Shown here in pieces: positions 39,101-48,649 of a stretch of 64,000 bases of DNA. A program made the position numbers and the translations under genes. Source of the DNA: Chthoniobacteraceae bacterium (GTDB taxonomy: Bacteria > Verrucomicrobiota > Verrucomicrobiia > Chthoniobacterales > Chthoniobacteraceae). The notes beneath the pieces were generated by a model. It searched no databases. It was given only the letters and a program-made list of their open reading frames with translations, and was not told the DNA's origin. Each line of letters starts with the position of its first letter. The stretch's first letter is position 1. The stretch is from assembly GCA_037190965.1 (NCBI GenBank), contig JBBCKI010000004.1, positions 32,001 through 96,000 on the forward strand. Reading direction: 5' to 3'.

Positions 39101-39504
39101 TATTCGATGACAAGGCTTGTGGTCGGCGATGAATCACCCGCCTGTTTCTCGACCGCCTTGCGCGTGATGAAACCGGGGTATTTGGCGCTCCCGTAGGTGA
39201 AAGTCGTCACCTGGGTGACGCCGTCGCCGTTGATCGTCTCTTTGGTGCGGCGCCCCCGGCTGTCCATGACGTAGGTCGTGGTTCGGCCCGCCTCGTCGGT
39301 GATGGACTGCATCAACCGGGAGTCGGGGGTGTAGGTGAACGATTTGACACCGCCCAGGGCGTTCGTCTGGCTGGTGGGGTCGGAATGGTGGCCGTAAGCG
39401 CCAGTGTTGAGGATCCGGCTGAAATCCGCCGGAGCGTTCCATGCATCCTGATAGGCAAACGTGGTGGTGTTTCCGCTGAGGTCGGTAACGCGCTTGAGCG
39501 CCAT
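36122..39504 (-). pseudogene. Rhs/YD-repeat toxin, 5'-truncated and frameshifted, with intact core and HNH/EndoVII (LHH-like) nuclease tip
   Basis: YD repeats throughout; frameshift near 38404 (GNRTAV | QTRFEYDG); core DPAGFVDGPNLYAYVRQNPWTKFDPEGL; tip IEAHHRQQ...DELTQKTH...REHWKQR. ORF 36122-37972 remains open. Confidence 0.88.
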
Positions 39505-39949
39505 CGCTGCGTTTATGTCGAATTCGAAAGTTTCCGCCCCCTGGTGCGCGCTTCCTCAACTGTTTGCGGGGGGCTTGTTTCTTCAATAGCCCCTCCAGCC
39601 TACGATAGGCGGGATAAACCTCTTTAACGACATTGGTTTTAGCTAGGTCACACAAGTGATAGTTCTCGCGAGCGAAAGCCATATACTCACGCGCCCTCGA
39701 AGGAGAAATGCTCGGGAGATTGTCTTTCAACCACCTTTCCAAACCTCTGCGAGTTTTATAATATTCCACCTCAATAAGCGCTTGACCAACATTGGCCATA
39801 GCCGCAAGAGTAACGAATCCCGCCTTGGACGTTAACTCACCCGCCCTCGTAACAACCTTCTCCCCAACTCGGATCTCGGCGTAAAACGCCATCAGAGTAC
39901 CTTTGCTGACTTTCCGTTCGTCGGGGAACATATCTTTTTGCTTCCTCAT
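39134..39949 (-). CDS. DUF3102-like mobile-element protein, with C-terminus reading out of frame into the rhs remnant
   Basis: VGQALIEV...LERWLKDNLPSISPSRAREYMAFA resembles DUF3102; plausible sequence ends near 39510, at the rhs junction. Confidence 0.55.
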   Translation of the reverse strand: MRKQKDMFPDERKVSKGTLMAFYAEIRVGEKVVTRAGELTSKAGFVTLAAMANVGQALIEVEYYKTRRGLERWLKDNLPSISPSRAREYMAFARENYHLCDLAKTNVVKEVYPAYRRLEGLLKKQAPRKQLRKRAPGGGNFRIRHKRSDGAQARYRPQRKHHHVCLSGCMERSGGFQPDPQHWRLRPPFRPHQPDERPGRCQIVHLHPRLPVDAVHHRRGGPNHDLRHGQPGAPHQRDDQRRRRHPGDDFHLRERQIPRFHHAQGGRETGG

Positions 39950-40269
39950 TGGGCGCTCCCTTCCCCTGGGCCGTTTGACTGCCGTGGGTCATATCCAGCC
40001 TCCGGATCGTGTTCATGGCTCTCAACGAAATCCAGGACGGATTGAAGGTGAAACAGCCTCGTTCCTTTGACTTGTCCCGGCTCTCGTATTGAGACGCTCC
40101 GGAAATAACCCTTCGCGGCGCCCTCATAGAGTTTTGCCCGGGAAAATCCCGAATAGAACTCGGTGCCGGATTTCGGGGCTCGGATCCATACCGGAAGATT
40201 TCCCTGCCGATCGGCAAGCAGATCAGCGGTTCGCGGTGAGACTCGAGGTCTCGTGTTGTTTGATTTCAT
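39946..40269 (-). CDS. Excisionase/AlpA-like small DNA-binding protein
   Basis: WIRAPKSGTEFYSGFSRAKLYE...GYFRSVSIREPGQVKGTRLFHLQSVLDFV winged-helix pattern, inside an integrase island. Confidence 0.7.
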   Translation of the reverse strand: MKSNNTRPRVSPRTADLLADRQGNLPVWIRAPKSGTEFYSGFSRAKLYEGAAKGYFRSVSIREPGQVKGTRLFHLQSVLDFVESHEHDPEAGYDPRQSNGPGEGSAQ

Positions 40270-40369
40270 GCCCCAATGATCAGGCACAAAATGAACGCCA
40301 CAACGTGCGACATTTTTCATGGATCGATGTCGCAGCGCATCCCGAAAGGGCCGCTTCCCCGCGCGATAT

Positions 40370-40876
40370 TCAGATCGCGCTCATGCTATCAAAGGCATCT
40401 TTCAAAATCTGTGCCCCGTCTTCTCTCAATTCAGAAAGATTGAAAATTTCGACCTCCCTCAAAAATCTTCGTCCCAGAAGTTCCTCCGGCGAATCTCGCC
40501 AGTCCTTTCCAAATAAGTAGAGACATCCCCGTTCAAAGCCGCCTCGGAGACGCATCTCCTCTTGTTCCTTAAAAGCCTCTCTTTCGCTATCTCCGCTGCA
40601 GTTCAAAATCCTACTTTGAACGGAGTCTCTCGTAAAATCGTACCTGGGACAATATCCGGCTATGACCGCCCGGAACTCTGCGAAGAAGGCCTTTTTATCG
40701 CCCTCAGTATAAACGCATTGGACAGATTCGAGCAGATCCGTGATCTCGCTCCATTGATGGCATTCAGTAAGCCTTTGCAAATGCCCCTTGAATCTCGTGT
40801 GATTTCGTTGCTCCACGATGCCGTGGTTAGTCCTCCCGCAACCAAACGTCAAGCATCCCTGCACGTCTCCAAACAC
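40370..40876 (-). CDS. Hypothetical protein of the island backbone
   Basis: 168-aa ORF between the att site and the excisionase-like gene; no motif recognised. Confidence 0.45.
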   Translation of the reverse strand: MFGDVQGCLTFGCGRTNHGIVEQRNHTRFKGHLQRLTECHQWSEITDLLESVQCVYTEGDKKAFFAEFRAVIAGYCPRYDFTRDSVQSRILNCSGDSEREAFKEQEEMRLRGGFERGCLYLFGKDWRDSPEELLGRRFLREVEIFNLSELREDGAQILKDAFDSMSAI

Positions 40877-40960
40877 TACCGAAATTGACGGTTGTGTTGT
40901 TATTTTGGTTGTTACTTCTGAATCTGAAAAAACCTCAATAACCGTAAGTCATTGAGGTTC

Positions 40961-40996
40961 AAGGATTGGAGCGGGTGAAGGGAATCGAACCCTCGT
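40961..40996. repeat. att site overlapping the tRNA-Gly 3' end
   Basis: Identical to 33541-33576. Confidence 0.95.
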
Positions 40997-41040
40997 ATGC
41001 AGCTTGGGAAGCTGCCGTTCTACCATTGAACTACACCCGC
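40967..41040 (-). tRNA. tRNA-Gly(CCC)
   Basis: GCGGGTGTAGTTCAATGGTAGAACGGCAGCTTCCCAAGCTGCATACGAGGGTTCGATTCCCTTCACCCGCTCCA: 74 nt, anticodon arm GCAGC-TTCCCAA-GCTGC, encoded CCA. Confidence 0.98.
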
Positions 41041-41112
41041 GAAATTGAAAATACCGCCCCGTGCAGGCGGGATATTACATCCCAACTGGGACGATGCCAG
41101 ATATTTTTCCAG

Positions 41113-41700
41113 CTATTTCCATGAACAAACGGGATCATCTTTCCCACTCGTGCCTTCTTTGGGTTTTCCAAGAGAAGCGGCAATTACCCCGGTCTGGATA
41201 TCGGTTTCAACAGCCCCAGCCACATCCGACGAAACCTTGCCGTCGTAATTCATATCAACGAAAATCACATAGGGCCGTGCCCACGGGTCATTCCAAACCC
41301 CTGAAGACTTAATGATAGCAGACTTCACATCAGCCGCCACTGCGCCTACAGCCGATTCCTTCACTTCCAGAAAACGGATTTGCCGCGCATTCTCAGTTGT
41401 TGTGATACCTCTTAAAATGTTAAAAAGAGTCGGATTATCCGCCTTCTCAGTCGTGCCATTACTAGTGGGATACTTCCCATACTCCACATAGTAATTCCTC
41501 ACCGCGTTAACGATCTGCACGACGTCGTTTTTTGCCGAGGTCTTTCTAGCCGCGTTGCGCACGCCCCCCATTGCCGGGAACAGCATGCCGGCCAGGACGG
41601 CGATGATGGCGATCACCACCAGAAGTTCGATCAGCGTGAAGCCGATGTTCTTGGCGGCGATTTGGGAAATCCGATGGCGGAGGGTGGGAGAGATTTTCAT
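41113..41700 (-). CDS. Type IV pilin / major pseudopilin-like protein
   Basis: GFTLIELLVVIAIIAVLAG, YYVEYGKYP, DPWARPY. Confidence 0.9.
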   Translation of the reverse strand: MKISPTLRHRISQIAAKNIGFTLIELLVVIAIIAVLAGMLFPAMGGVRNAARKTSAKNDVVQIVNAVRNYYVEYGKYPTSNGTTEKADNPTLFNILRGITTTENARQIRFLEVKESAVGAVAADVKSAIIKSSGVWNDPWARPYVIFVDMNYDGKVSSDVAGAVETDIQTGVIAASLGKPKEGTSGKDDPVCSWK

Positions 41701-41848
41701 TGGGAGGCAAAACGAAAATAAGCCATTTCAGGCAGGATGACAATGGGATTCTGTTCGAATAGAATACGGGGAGGCATCCTTCCCTCGATGGCCTTTTTGA
41801 ATCGTCCCAGCCTGAGGGGACGGGGGCACCGAGAAACCATCCTTGACG

Positions 41849-42739
41849 ATGACTGAACAACACCGGCTTTCCACTCGCGATGGCGTTTCCCTGCACTTCC
41901 GGTGGATTCCCGCACAGGGGGAGATTTCGATGGCGCACCGCCCCACGGTGTTGCTGACCCATGGCTTGGGAGAGCACTCCGCACGGTACTGGCATGTTGA
42001 AGAACGGCTGGCCTCTCACGGGTATGACGTCGCCAGCTATGACCTTCGCGGACACGGGCGCTCCGGCGGACGGCGCGGTGACGCCCCGGGCTTCCAAGCT
42101 TTCCTGGACGACCTGGCCCAGATTGTGGCGACGGTCAACGAACGGCGCGCCCTTGCATCCCCCGCTCCGGGGCCGCTTTTCCTCTACGGGCACAGCCTTG
42201 GCGGGTTGATCACGCTCCGCTTTTTGCAGGACCGGAGAGACCCGTCGGTCAGCGGGGCGATTGCCGCTTCGCCCTGGCTGCAGCTCGCCTTTGCGCCGCA
42301 ACGGTGGAAACTCCTTCTCGCCGCCATTACGCGATGGGTCTGCCCGGGGTACCGACAGATCACCGGGCTCGACCCCTCCCGACTCTCGCGCGACGCAGAA
42401 TTTCTCGCCGCCATGCCCGATCTGCACCTAAGCCATCACCAGCTCTCGGCGCGACTTTTCTACGAGATCCGGCAATCATGCACGGCGCTCCTCACCGGCG
42501 CGGCCAAAATCCCCTACCCGCTCCTCCTGCTGCACGGGCAAGCCGACCCGGTCACCTCATGGATGGCCACAAATGATTTTTTTCAAGCCGCGGTTTCTCC
42601 CGACAAAACGCTGAAACTCTACCCTGGGGTCTTCCACGAAACGCACAATGACCTCGACCGCGAAGAGGTCCTTACCGACATTGTCTCATGGCTCCGGCTG
42701 CGGACGCACCCCTCGCATCCCGAAAGCCGCTTCCCCTGA
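41849..42739 (+). CDS. Alpha/beta hydrolase (lysophospholipase/monoacylglycerol lipase-like)
   Basis: HGLGEH, DLRGHGRS, GHSLGG nucleophile elbow, HGQAD, FHE. Confidence 0.92.
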   Translation: MTEQHRLSTRDGVSLHFRWIPAQGEISMAHRPTVLLTHGLGEHSARYWHVEERLASHGYDVASYDLRGHGRSGGRRGDAPGFQAFLDDLAQIVATVNERRALASPAPGPLFLYGHSLGGLITLRFLQDRRDPSVSGAIAASPWLQLAFAPQRWKLLLAAITRWVCPGYRQITGLDPSRLSRDAEFLAAMPDLHLSHHQLSARLFYEIRQSCTALLTGAAKIPYPLLLLHGQADPVTSWMATNDFFQAAVSPDKTLKLYPGVFHETHNDLDREEVLTDIVSWLRLRTHPSHPESRFP

Positions 42740-42770
42740 AATATCCGACTTCCAGGCGCCCAAGCCTGCG

Positions 42771-43046
42771 TCACCACTTCGCGCGGAGCTCGCGCCGATC
42801 CCGCATGATCCGCGCCACCAGAAGGCCGAGCAACGCCAACCCGGCAATGACATAAAGCGATGGATGCTCGCGAACGTTGCGAACCATCGATCGTTCCAAG
42901 GAAACAAGCGCAACCCGCCCGCGCTCAAGCCCATCGCGAGCCTGATCCCGCACCTTGCCAAGCTGGTCCTCAATTTGACCGGCCGTGTGTTGCAGCCGGT
43001 CCATGCGCGTGTCGAAACGTCGGCGGAAAATTCTGCCTCTATTCAT
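42771..43046 (-). CDS. Small tail-anchored protein (ElaB/DUF883-like)
   Basis: Charged helix followed by VREHPSLYVIAGLALLGLLV TM segment and a basic tail. Confidence 0.6.
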   Translation of the reverse strand: MNRGRIFRRRFDTRMDRLQHTAGQIEDQLGKVRDQARDGLERGRVALVSLERSMVRNVREHPSLYVIAGLALLGLLVARIMRDRRELRAKW

Positions 43047-43119
43047 GGTGTCGCCCTTTCCTTATACAGGAATCGGGCATCCCCACCGCCCTGGCCGCGC
43101 CAACTGTGCCCTCTTCCCT

Positions 43120-44298
43120 CTAACGGCCCGGGGCCAGCTCGAAAAGAAAGCCACGCAGGTATTCCGTCTCCGGCAGGTTGAGCAAAACCGGATGATCCGC
43201 AGCCTGCCCAAAGCGGGTCAGCAAACGGAGCGTCCGCTTGGCGTCCACCGCCGCGTCGGCCACCACTTCGCGGAAAAGCTCGTCGCCCACATGATGGGAA
43301 CACGAGAAAGTCGCCAGCAACCCACCCGGTGCGAGGAGCTTGAGCGCGCGAAGATGGATCTCCTTATACCCGCGCATCGCGTCGTGGAGCTTCTCCTTCG
43401 ACTTCGTGAACGAAGGGGGATCGAGCACGATGAGGTCGTACTGAGCTCCCGCGCGTTCCTCGTCTTTGAGGAAATCGAATACATTTGCCGCAATCGCCTC
43501 CAACTCGACGCCGTTGGCAATGGCGTTGGCTCGGATTGACTCCACACAGTCGGCGCTGATCTCCACGGCCCGCACCGACTTAGCCCCCGCCTTGGCGCAG
43601 GCCAGCGCGAACGCCCCCTGGTTGGAAAAACAATCGAGCACCTTCTTGCCCGCCGCCCATGCGGCCACCCCGGCGTAATTGTCAATCTGGTCGAGATAAA
43701 AGCCGGTCTTCTGCCCCTGCATCAGATCGACCTCGAAACGCAGCCCCGCCGCCTCGATTGGCACTTTACCGGGCGTTTCCCCCCAAAGCACCCCGACCAT
43801 GCTCTCCATCCCCTCGGCCCGGCGGATCGGCGCGTCGTTGCGCTCCAAAATGGTGCGAGGGGAGCACAGTTCGCGTAGCGCCGCCACCAGTAGATCTTTC
43901 CGCTGGTCCATCGCCAGCGTCAGTGTCTGAAGCACGAGGCAGTCGTTGTAACGGTCCACGATCACGCCCGGGAGCCCATCGCTCTCGCTCCAGACAAGGC
44001 GGCAAAGGCGGAGATTCACGCCGCGCCGCTCCCGGTATTCCATCGCCTGACGGATCCTGCGGAGAAAAAAATCAGCGTCCAGTTCCTGCCGCTGCCGGGA
44101 GAAGCGACGCGCCACGATCTGGGATTTCGAGTTGTAGATCGCCGAACCGAGCAGTCGGTCCTTGCCGTCCTTGAGAGAAACCACGTCGCCATCCGCAGGC
44201 GTGCCGAAGGTTTTGAGCACTTCGCTGAAGTAAACCCAATCGTGGCCGTGAAGAATGCGTGAACGGGGACGGATAACAATGCCTGCCATAAACGCCAT
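43120..44298 (-). CDS. Class I SAM-dependent rRNA methyltransferase (RlmI-like m5C1962)
   Basis: PUA-like N-terminus (GHDWVY), SESDGLPG, GQKTGFYLDQ, LDPPSF, FSCS, PETEYL. Confidence 0.9.
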   Translation of the reverse strand: MAFMAGIVIRPRSRILHGHDWVYFSEVLKTFGTPADGDVVSLKDGKDRLLGSAIYNSKSQIVARRFSRQRQELDADFFLRRIRQAMEYRERRGVNLRLCRLVWSESDGLPGVIVDRYNDCLVLQTLTLAMDQRKDLLVAALRELCSPRTILERNDAPIRRAEGMESMVGVLWGETPGKVPIEAAGLRFEVDLMQGQKTGFYLDQIDNYAGVAAWAAGKKVLDCFSNQGAFALACAKAGAKSVRAVEISADCVESIRANAIANGVELEAIAANVFDFLKDEERAGAQYDLIVLDPPSFTKSKEKLHDAMRGYKEIHLRALKLLAPGGLLATFSCSHHVGDELFREVVADAAVDAKRTLRLLTRFGQAADHPVLLNLPETEYLRGFLFELAPGR

Positions 44299-44403
44299 TC
44301 CTTAAGTCCACAGGCGCAGAGATGCGAGCAAGTTCTGCCGATTGCCGAAGTTGAGGGAAACCTTGACGCCCCGGCGGGCTCGGCGCGAACCTCCCTGAAG
44401 GCC

Positions 44404-46179
44404 ATGAAGTTCTTCACCTCGGAGTTCACCCCCTTTATCCCGACCGGTTCCCGACGCCGGAATGTCATGCTGCTGCTTCGTTTTCTCGCGGTGCTGTTGC
44501 TGCTGATGTCGACCTACACCGTGCTCTTTCACGTCCTCATGGCCGCCGAAGGGCAGGAGCACAGCTGGATCACCGGGCTTTACTGGACGCTCACGGTCAT
44601 GAGCACGCTCGGGTTTGGCGACATCACGTTCCACTCCGACATCGGCCGGGCGTTCTCCATCGTGGTGCTGCTCTCGGGGATGGTCTTCCTGCTGATCCTG
44701 CTCCCGTTCACCTTCATCGAGTTTTTCTACGCACCCTGGATGCAGGCCCAATCGGAAGCGCGCGCGCCGCGCTCCCTCCCCCCGGGAACAAAAGACCATA
44801 TCATTCTCACCAGCTACGACCCGGTCTCGATGCTCCTGATCCAACGGCTGGAACAATACGGCTACCAGTACGCGCTGCTGGTGGGCGATCTCCAGGAAGC
44901 GCTCCGGCTGCACGATCTGGGCATCAAGGTCGTCTTCGGCGCGGTGGACCGGCCGGAGACCTACCAGGCGGTCCAGGTGACCCAGGCCGCTATGGTCGCC
45001 GCGACCGGCAACGACATGGTGAACACCAACATCGCGTTCACGGTGCGCGAGATCAGCGCCTCCGTGCCGATTGTGACCACGGCGGATTCCGTCGAGTCGG
45101 TCGACATCCTCAACCTCGCGGGAAGCACGAACGTCCTCCGGCTCCCGGAGCTGATGGGGGAAGCCAACGCCCGCCGGATCAGCGGGGTGGACGCGCGCAC
45201 CCATGTCATCGGGCAGTTTGACAACCTCTTCATCGCCGAAGCCACCGCCTCGGGAACTCCGCTCGTCGGCAAGACCCTCGCCCAAAGCCGCTTGCGGGAG
45301 TACGCGGGCGTCAGCGTCATCGGCCTCTGGAAACGGGGCCAGTTTGAAGCCGCCACGCGCGACAGCCTGATCGATGCCAACACCATTCTCGTGCTGGCCG
45401 GAACCAAGGACCAGCTCAGCCGCTACGACGAGCTTTTTTGCATCTACCATGTCAGCGGAGGACGCGTCATCATTATCGGAGCCGGGCGGGTCGGCCGGGC
45501 CACGGCTCGCGCGTTGGAAAAGCGGGAGGTCGACTACCGGATCGTGGAGCAGGTGCCGAGCCGCATTCGCAACTCGGAGAAATACATCCTCGGCAGCGCT
45601 GCCGACGTCGCCACGCTGGAGCAGGCCGGAATTCAGGACGCCCCTGCCATCCTGATCACCGTCCATGATGACGACACCAATATCTATCTTACTCTCTACT
45701 GCCGGAGGCTGCGCCCCGATGTCCAAATCATCAGCCGGTCCACCCTGGAGCGCAACGTCTCCACGCTGAACCGCGCCGGCGCGGATTTCGTGCTCTCCTA
45801 CGCCTCCATGGGGGCCGGTGCGATCCTCGAAAGCCTGCAGGGCTCCGGCGTTCTCATGCTGGCGGAGGGGTTGAACATCTGCGAAACGGAAGTCTCGCCC
45901 ATCCTCGCGGGAAAGCGACTCGGCGAAACCGACATCACCCGGCGCACCGGCTGCAATATTATCGCCCTGCGGGAGAACGGAAGCCTCATTCTGAACCCCG
46001 ATGCCTCCACCGTTATTCCGAAGGAAGGGCAGGTGATCTTTATCGCCAGCACCGAGGGAGAAAAGCGGTTTCTTGATGAGTACAAAGTGCGGCTCGTCAC
46101 CCGCAAAGCCGTCTCGCCGCTCCACGCCCCGCGCCCTCGTCGCCGCTGGCTCGAACCAAAAAACCATCCTCTGAGTTGA
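44404..46179 (+). CDS. Potassium channel with tandem RCK (TrkA_N/TrkA_C) domains
   Basis: 2TM pore with TLGFGD filter, followed by two RCK units (IIIGAGRVG in the second). Confidence 0.9.
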   Translation: MKFFTSEFTPFIPTGSRRRNVMLLLRFLAVLLLLMSTYTVLFHVLMAAEGQEHSWITGLYWTLTVMSTLGFGDITFHSDIGRAFSIVVLLSGMVFLLILLPFTFIEFFYAPWMQAQSEARAPRSLPPGTKDHIILTSYDPVSMLLIQRLEQYGYQYALLVGDLQEALRLHDLGIKVVFGAVDRPETYQAVQVTQAAMVAATGNDMVNTNIAFTVREISASVPIVTTADSVESVDILNLAGSTNVLRLPELMGEANARRISGVDARTHVIGQFDNLFIAEATASGTPLVGKTLAQSRLREYAGVSVIGLWKRGQFEAATRDSLIDANTILVLAGTKDQLSRYDELFCIYHVSGGRVIIIGAGRVGRATARALEKREVDYRIVEQVPSRIRNSEKYILGSAADVATLEQAGIQDAPAILITVHDDDTNIYLTLYCRRLRPDVQIISRSTLERNVSTLNRAGADFVLSYASMGAGAILESLQGSGVLMLAEGLNICETEVSPILAGKRLGETDITRRTGCNIIALRENGSLILNPDASTVIPKEGQVIFIASTEGEKRFLDEYKVRLVTRKAVSPLHAPRPRRRWLEPKNHPLS

Positions 46180-46217
46180 ACAAACCCCCACGCCGCCTGT
46201 CATATATTCCACTCTTT

Positions 46218-47684
46218 ATGGTCTCTACACGCGTTCTTCCACTGCTTGGATGTGCCCTGATGACGCTGCCTGCCTGGGGTGCCGGGGACAAACCCGCTAT
46301 GGCTCCTGCGGCTCCCAGGGACCCGACCTCCCTGCTGCGGGCGCTTGACGATGGCTTCGTCGCGGTGTTCGAAAAAGTCGCCCCGGCGGTCGTGGTCATC
46401 GAAAATACCAAATCGAGCCGGTCCGAGAGCGACAGCAGCGCCAACGAAGCCTACGACTTCTTCTTCCGGTCTCCCGATGACGACTCCTCTTCCCGTCGTT
46501 CCTTCCGGATGCCCGAGCCCTCCAACCGCAGCGAAGGCTCGGGGCTCATCCTGCGCGAAGACGGCATCATCGCCACCAACAACCATGTCATCGAGGGCGC
46601 GGAAAAACTCACCGTCCGCCTCAAGGATGGCCGCAAATTCACCGCCAAAGTCCTCGGCACCGACGCGCAGACCGACCTCGCCGTCATCAAGATCGAGGCC
46701 AAGGGACTCCCCGTCGCCAACCTCGCCGACAGCGAGACCGTGCGCGTCGGGCAGCTTGTCTGCGCCATCGGCGTCCCCTTCAAGCTCGACTACTCCTTCA
46801 GCATCGGTTGCGTGAGCGGCAAGGGGCGCACCGATTTGAGCAATCTCACCTACGAGGATTACATCCAGACCGACTCGCTCATTAACCCGGGCAACTCCGG
46901 CGGCCCGCTCTTCGACGTCGAGGGGAACGTCATCGGGATGAACACCCTCATCAACGGCATCGGCCGCGGGCTCGCCTTTGCCATTCCCTCCAACATGATC
47001 AAGGAGGTGACCGGGCAACTCATCGCGACCGGCAAAATCCGCCGCCCCGCGCTCGGCATCCGCATCGAAACGCTCCGGGACGATAGCAGCCTGCGCGAGC
47101 AGATCCAGGGGATCGACAAGGGAGTCGTCGTCAACACCATCGAACCCGACACCGCCGCCTACCGGAGCGATCTCCGCCCCGCCGACGTCATCACCAGCGT
47201 TGACGGTGTGCCGGTCGAAACCGCGCGGGAACTCCAGAAGCAGGTGCTCTCGAAAAAGATCGGCCAGACGATCTCGCTCTCCGTGTGGCGCAGCGGCAAA
47301 ACGCTCACCATTCCGGTCACCGCGGGGGAACTTCCCTCCATGGGAACCGCCGCCGCCCGGGAACCGCTTCAAGAAGAGACCGAGGGAGAAAGCGGCGCAC
47401 CCATTCACGGATTGCTCTTGGAAAACGTCACCCGTAAAACCGCTGATCGCCTCAAGCTAAAGGAAAAATCGGGCGCGCTCGTCACCGCCGTCACCCCCAA
47501 TTCCCCCGCCGCAGCCGCCAGCCTGCAGGTGGATGACGTGATCACGGAGATCGACTCCAAGCCGGTCACCGGAGCCGCCGCCGCGCAAAAACTTTTTACA
47601 GGGCGCGACAACAAAAAAGCCTTTCTTTTGATGGTGGAACGCAACGGTCAGAAGACCTATGCGCTCCTCAAAATCGAAAAATAG
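46218..47684 (+). CDS. HtrA/DegP family serine protease with two PDZ domains
   Basis: Signal peptide; catalytic triad TNNHV, TDLAV, NPGNSGG; two GDVI-like PDZ motifs. Confidence 0.93.
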   Translation: MVSTRVLPLLGCALMTLPAWGAGDKPAMAPAAPRDPTSLLRALDDGFVAVFEKVAPAVVVIENTKSSRSESDSSANEAYDFFFRSPDDDSSSRRSFRMPEPSNRSEGSGLILREDGIIATNNHVIEGAEKLTVRLKDGRKFTAKVLGTDAQTDLAVIKIEAKGLPVANLADSETVRVGQLVCAIGVPFKLDYSFSIGCVSGKGRTDLSNLTYEDYIQTDSLINPGNSGGPLFDVEGNVIGMNTLINGIGRGLAFAIPSNMIKEVTGQLIATGKIRRPALGIRIETLRDDSSLREQIQGIDKGVVVNTIEPDTAAYRSDLRPADVITSVDGVPVETARELQKQVLSKKIGQTISLSVWRSGKTLTIPVTAGELPSMGTAAAREPLQEETEGESGAPIHGLLLENVTRKTADRLKLKEKSGALVTAVTPNSPAAAASLQVDDVITEIDSKPVTGAAAAQKLFTGRDNKKAFLLMVERNGQKTYALLKIEK

Positions 47685-47798
47685 AGAGTCCAGGTTTTAG
47701 TGAATTGTTCCTTGGTTGGGCGGCCGGCGCTGGAGGGATGGTTCTGGCGCCGGCCGTTTTCCCGTTGCCTTCCCCCGGTTTCGATGTAAACGTCCATC

Positions 47799-48449
47799 GT
47801 GAACCAGCGGCTCATCGCAGAGATCGGCAAAAGCCAGCGGCTTCGCATCGTCAACCAACTCAAGCGGACCCAGGGGATGAGCGTCGGCGAGCTGTCGGAG
47901 GCGCTTGGCATGAGTTACATGGGGGTCAAACAGCATTGCATCGACCTCGAAAAGCGCAGCTACCTCGACACCGTGCGGCGGCCCAACCCCAAGAACCGCA
48001 TCGGGCGACCCGAACTGATCTACCGCCTCACCTCCAAAGCGCACGAACTTTTCCCAACCGCCAGCAATGAGGTCACGCTGGAAGTCCTCACCTCCGCCCA
48101 GGCCCTCTACGGCCCGGCGGCTCCCGAAAAGCTGCTCTTCCTCGCTTTCCAGCGCAAGGCGGAGCAATATCTGGAAAAAGTAAAGGGGGAGACGCTCGCC
48201 GAGCGCGCCAAATCATTCGCCAAGCTGCGCGATACCGAAGGCTCGATGGCAGACTTCGAAGAATCGCCGGAAGGGGGAATGCGGATCGTCGAGCACCACT
48301 CCCCCATCGCCGGGCTCCTTGCCGCCTACCCCACGCTCCTCAACCGGCTGGAACAGGAGCTTTTCTCCCGCGTGCTCAAGGTTCCCGTGAAGCGGGAGCA
48401 GACGGAAGCGGGCGGGCTGTACGCCTGCGTGTTTGCGTTGGGCGGGTGA
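47799..48449 (+). CDS. Winged-helix transcriptional regulator (SufR/ArsR-like)
   Basis: GMSVGELSEALGMSYMGVKQH, GRPELIYRLT, IVEHHSPI, C-terminal C. Confidence 0.8.
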   Translation: MNQRLIAEIGKSQRLRIVNQLKRTQGMSVGELSEALGMSYMGVKQHCIDLEKRSYLDTVRRPNPKNRIGRPELIYRLTSKAHELFPTASNEVTLEVLTSAQALYGPAAPEKLLFLAFQRKAEQYLEKVKGETLAERAKSFAKLRDTEGSMADFEESPEGGMRIVEHHSPIAGLLAAYPTLLNRLEQELFSRVLKVPVKREQTEAGGLYACVFALGG

Positions 48450-48649
48450 AGGCGGCACGAGCAGACTGCCGCCGGTGCTACCGCACCGTTTCGACGGGAC
48501 AGTGCCAGGTCGAAAGACCAAAATTCTTTCGCTTTCCGTTTTTCTTCTCTTTTGTAACTCCCGTCATGCACCCGGCCCGAAGCCGGAAGACAATAAGCTT
48601 GTCTCGACATGCGGACAACGAACATAATAGTCATCAAGCTCATTAAGCA

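Larger units (their letters stand above)
33541..40996. mobile_element. Small integrative element (genomic island) inserted at the tRNA-Gly 3' end
   Basis: 36-bp direct repeats at both ends, tyrosine integrase next to one end, excisionase-like gene and toxin/immunity cargo. Confidence 0.92.

Noticed and set aside
33541..40996. Prophage or conjugative element
   Set aside because: No capsid, terminase, tail, relaxase or T4SS genes seen.
41752..41766. Verrucomicrobial SOS box upstream of the pilin
   Set aside because: TGTTC-N5-GAATA has the wrong spacing and a mismatch.
41546..42427. 293-aa minus-strand ORF
   Set aside because: Overlaps the hydrolase and the pilin; no recognisable domain.
44302..47408. 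Long minus-strand ORFs 44302-46212 and 46200-47408
   Set aside because: Antisense shadows of the K+ channel and htrA in GC-rich DNA; no motifs.
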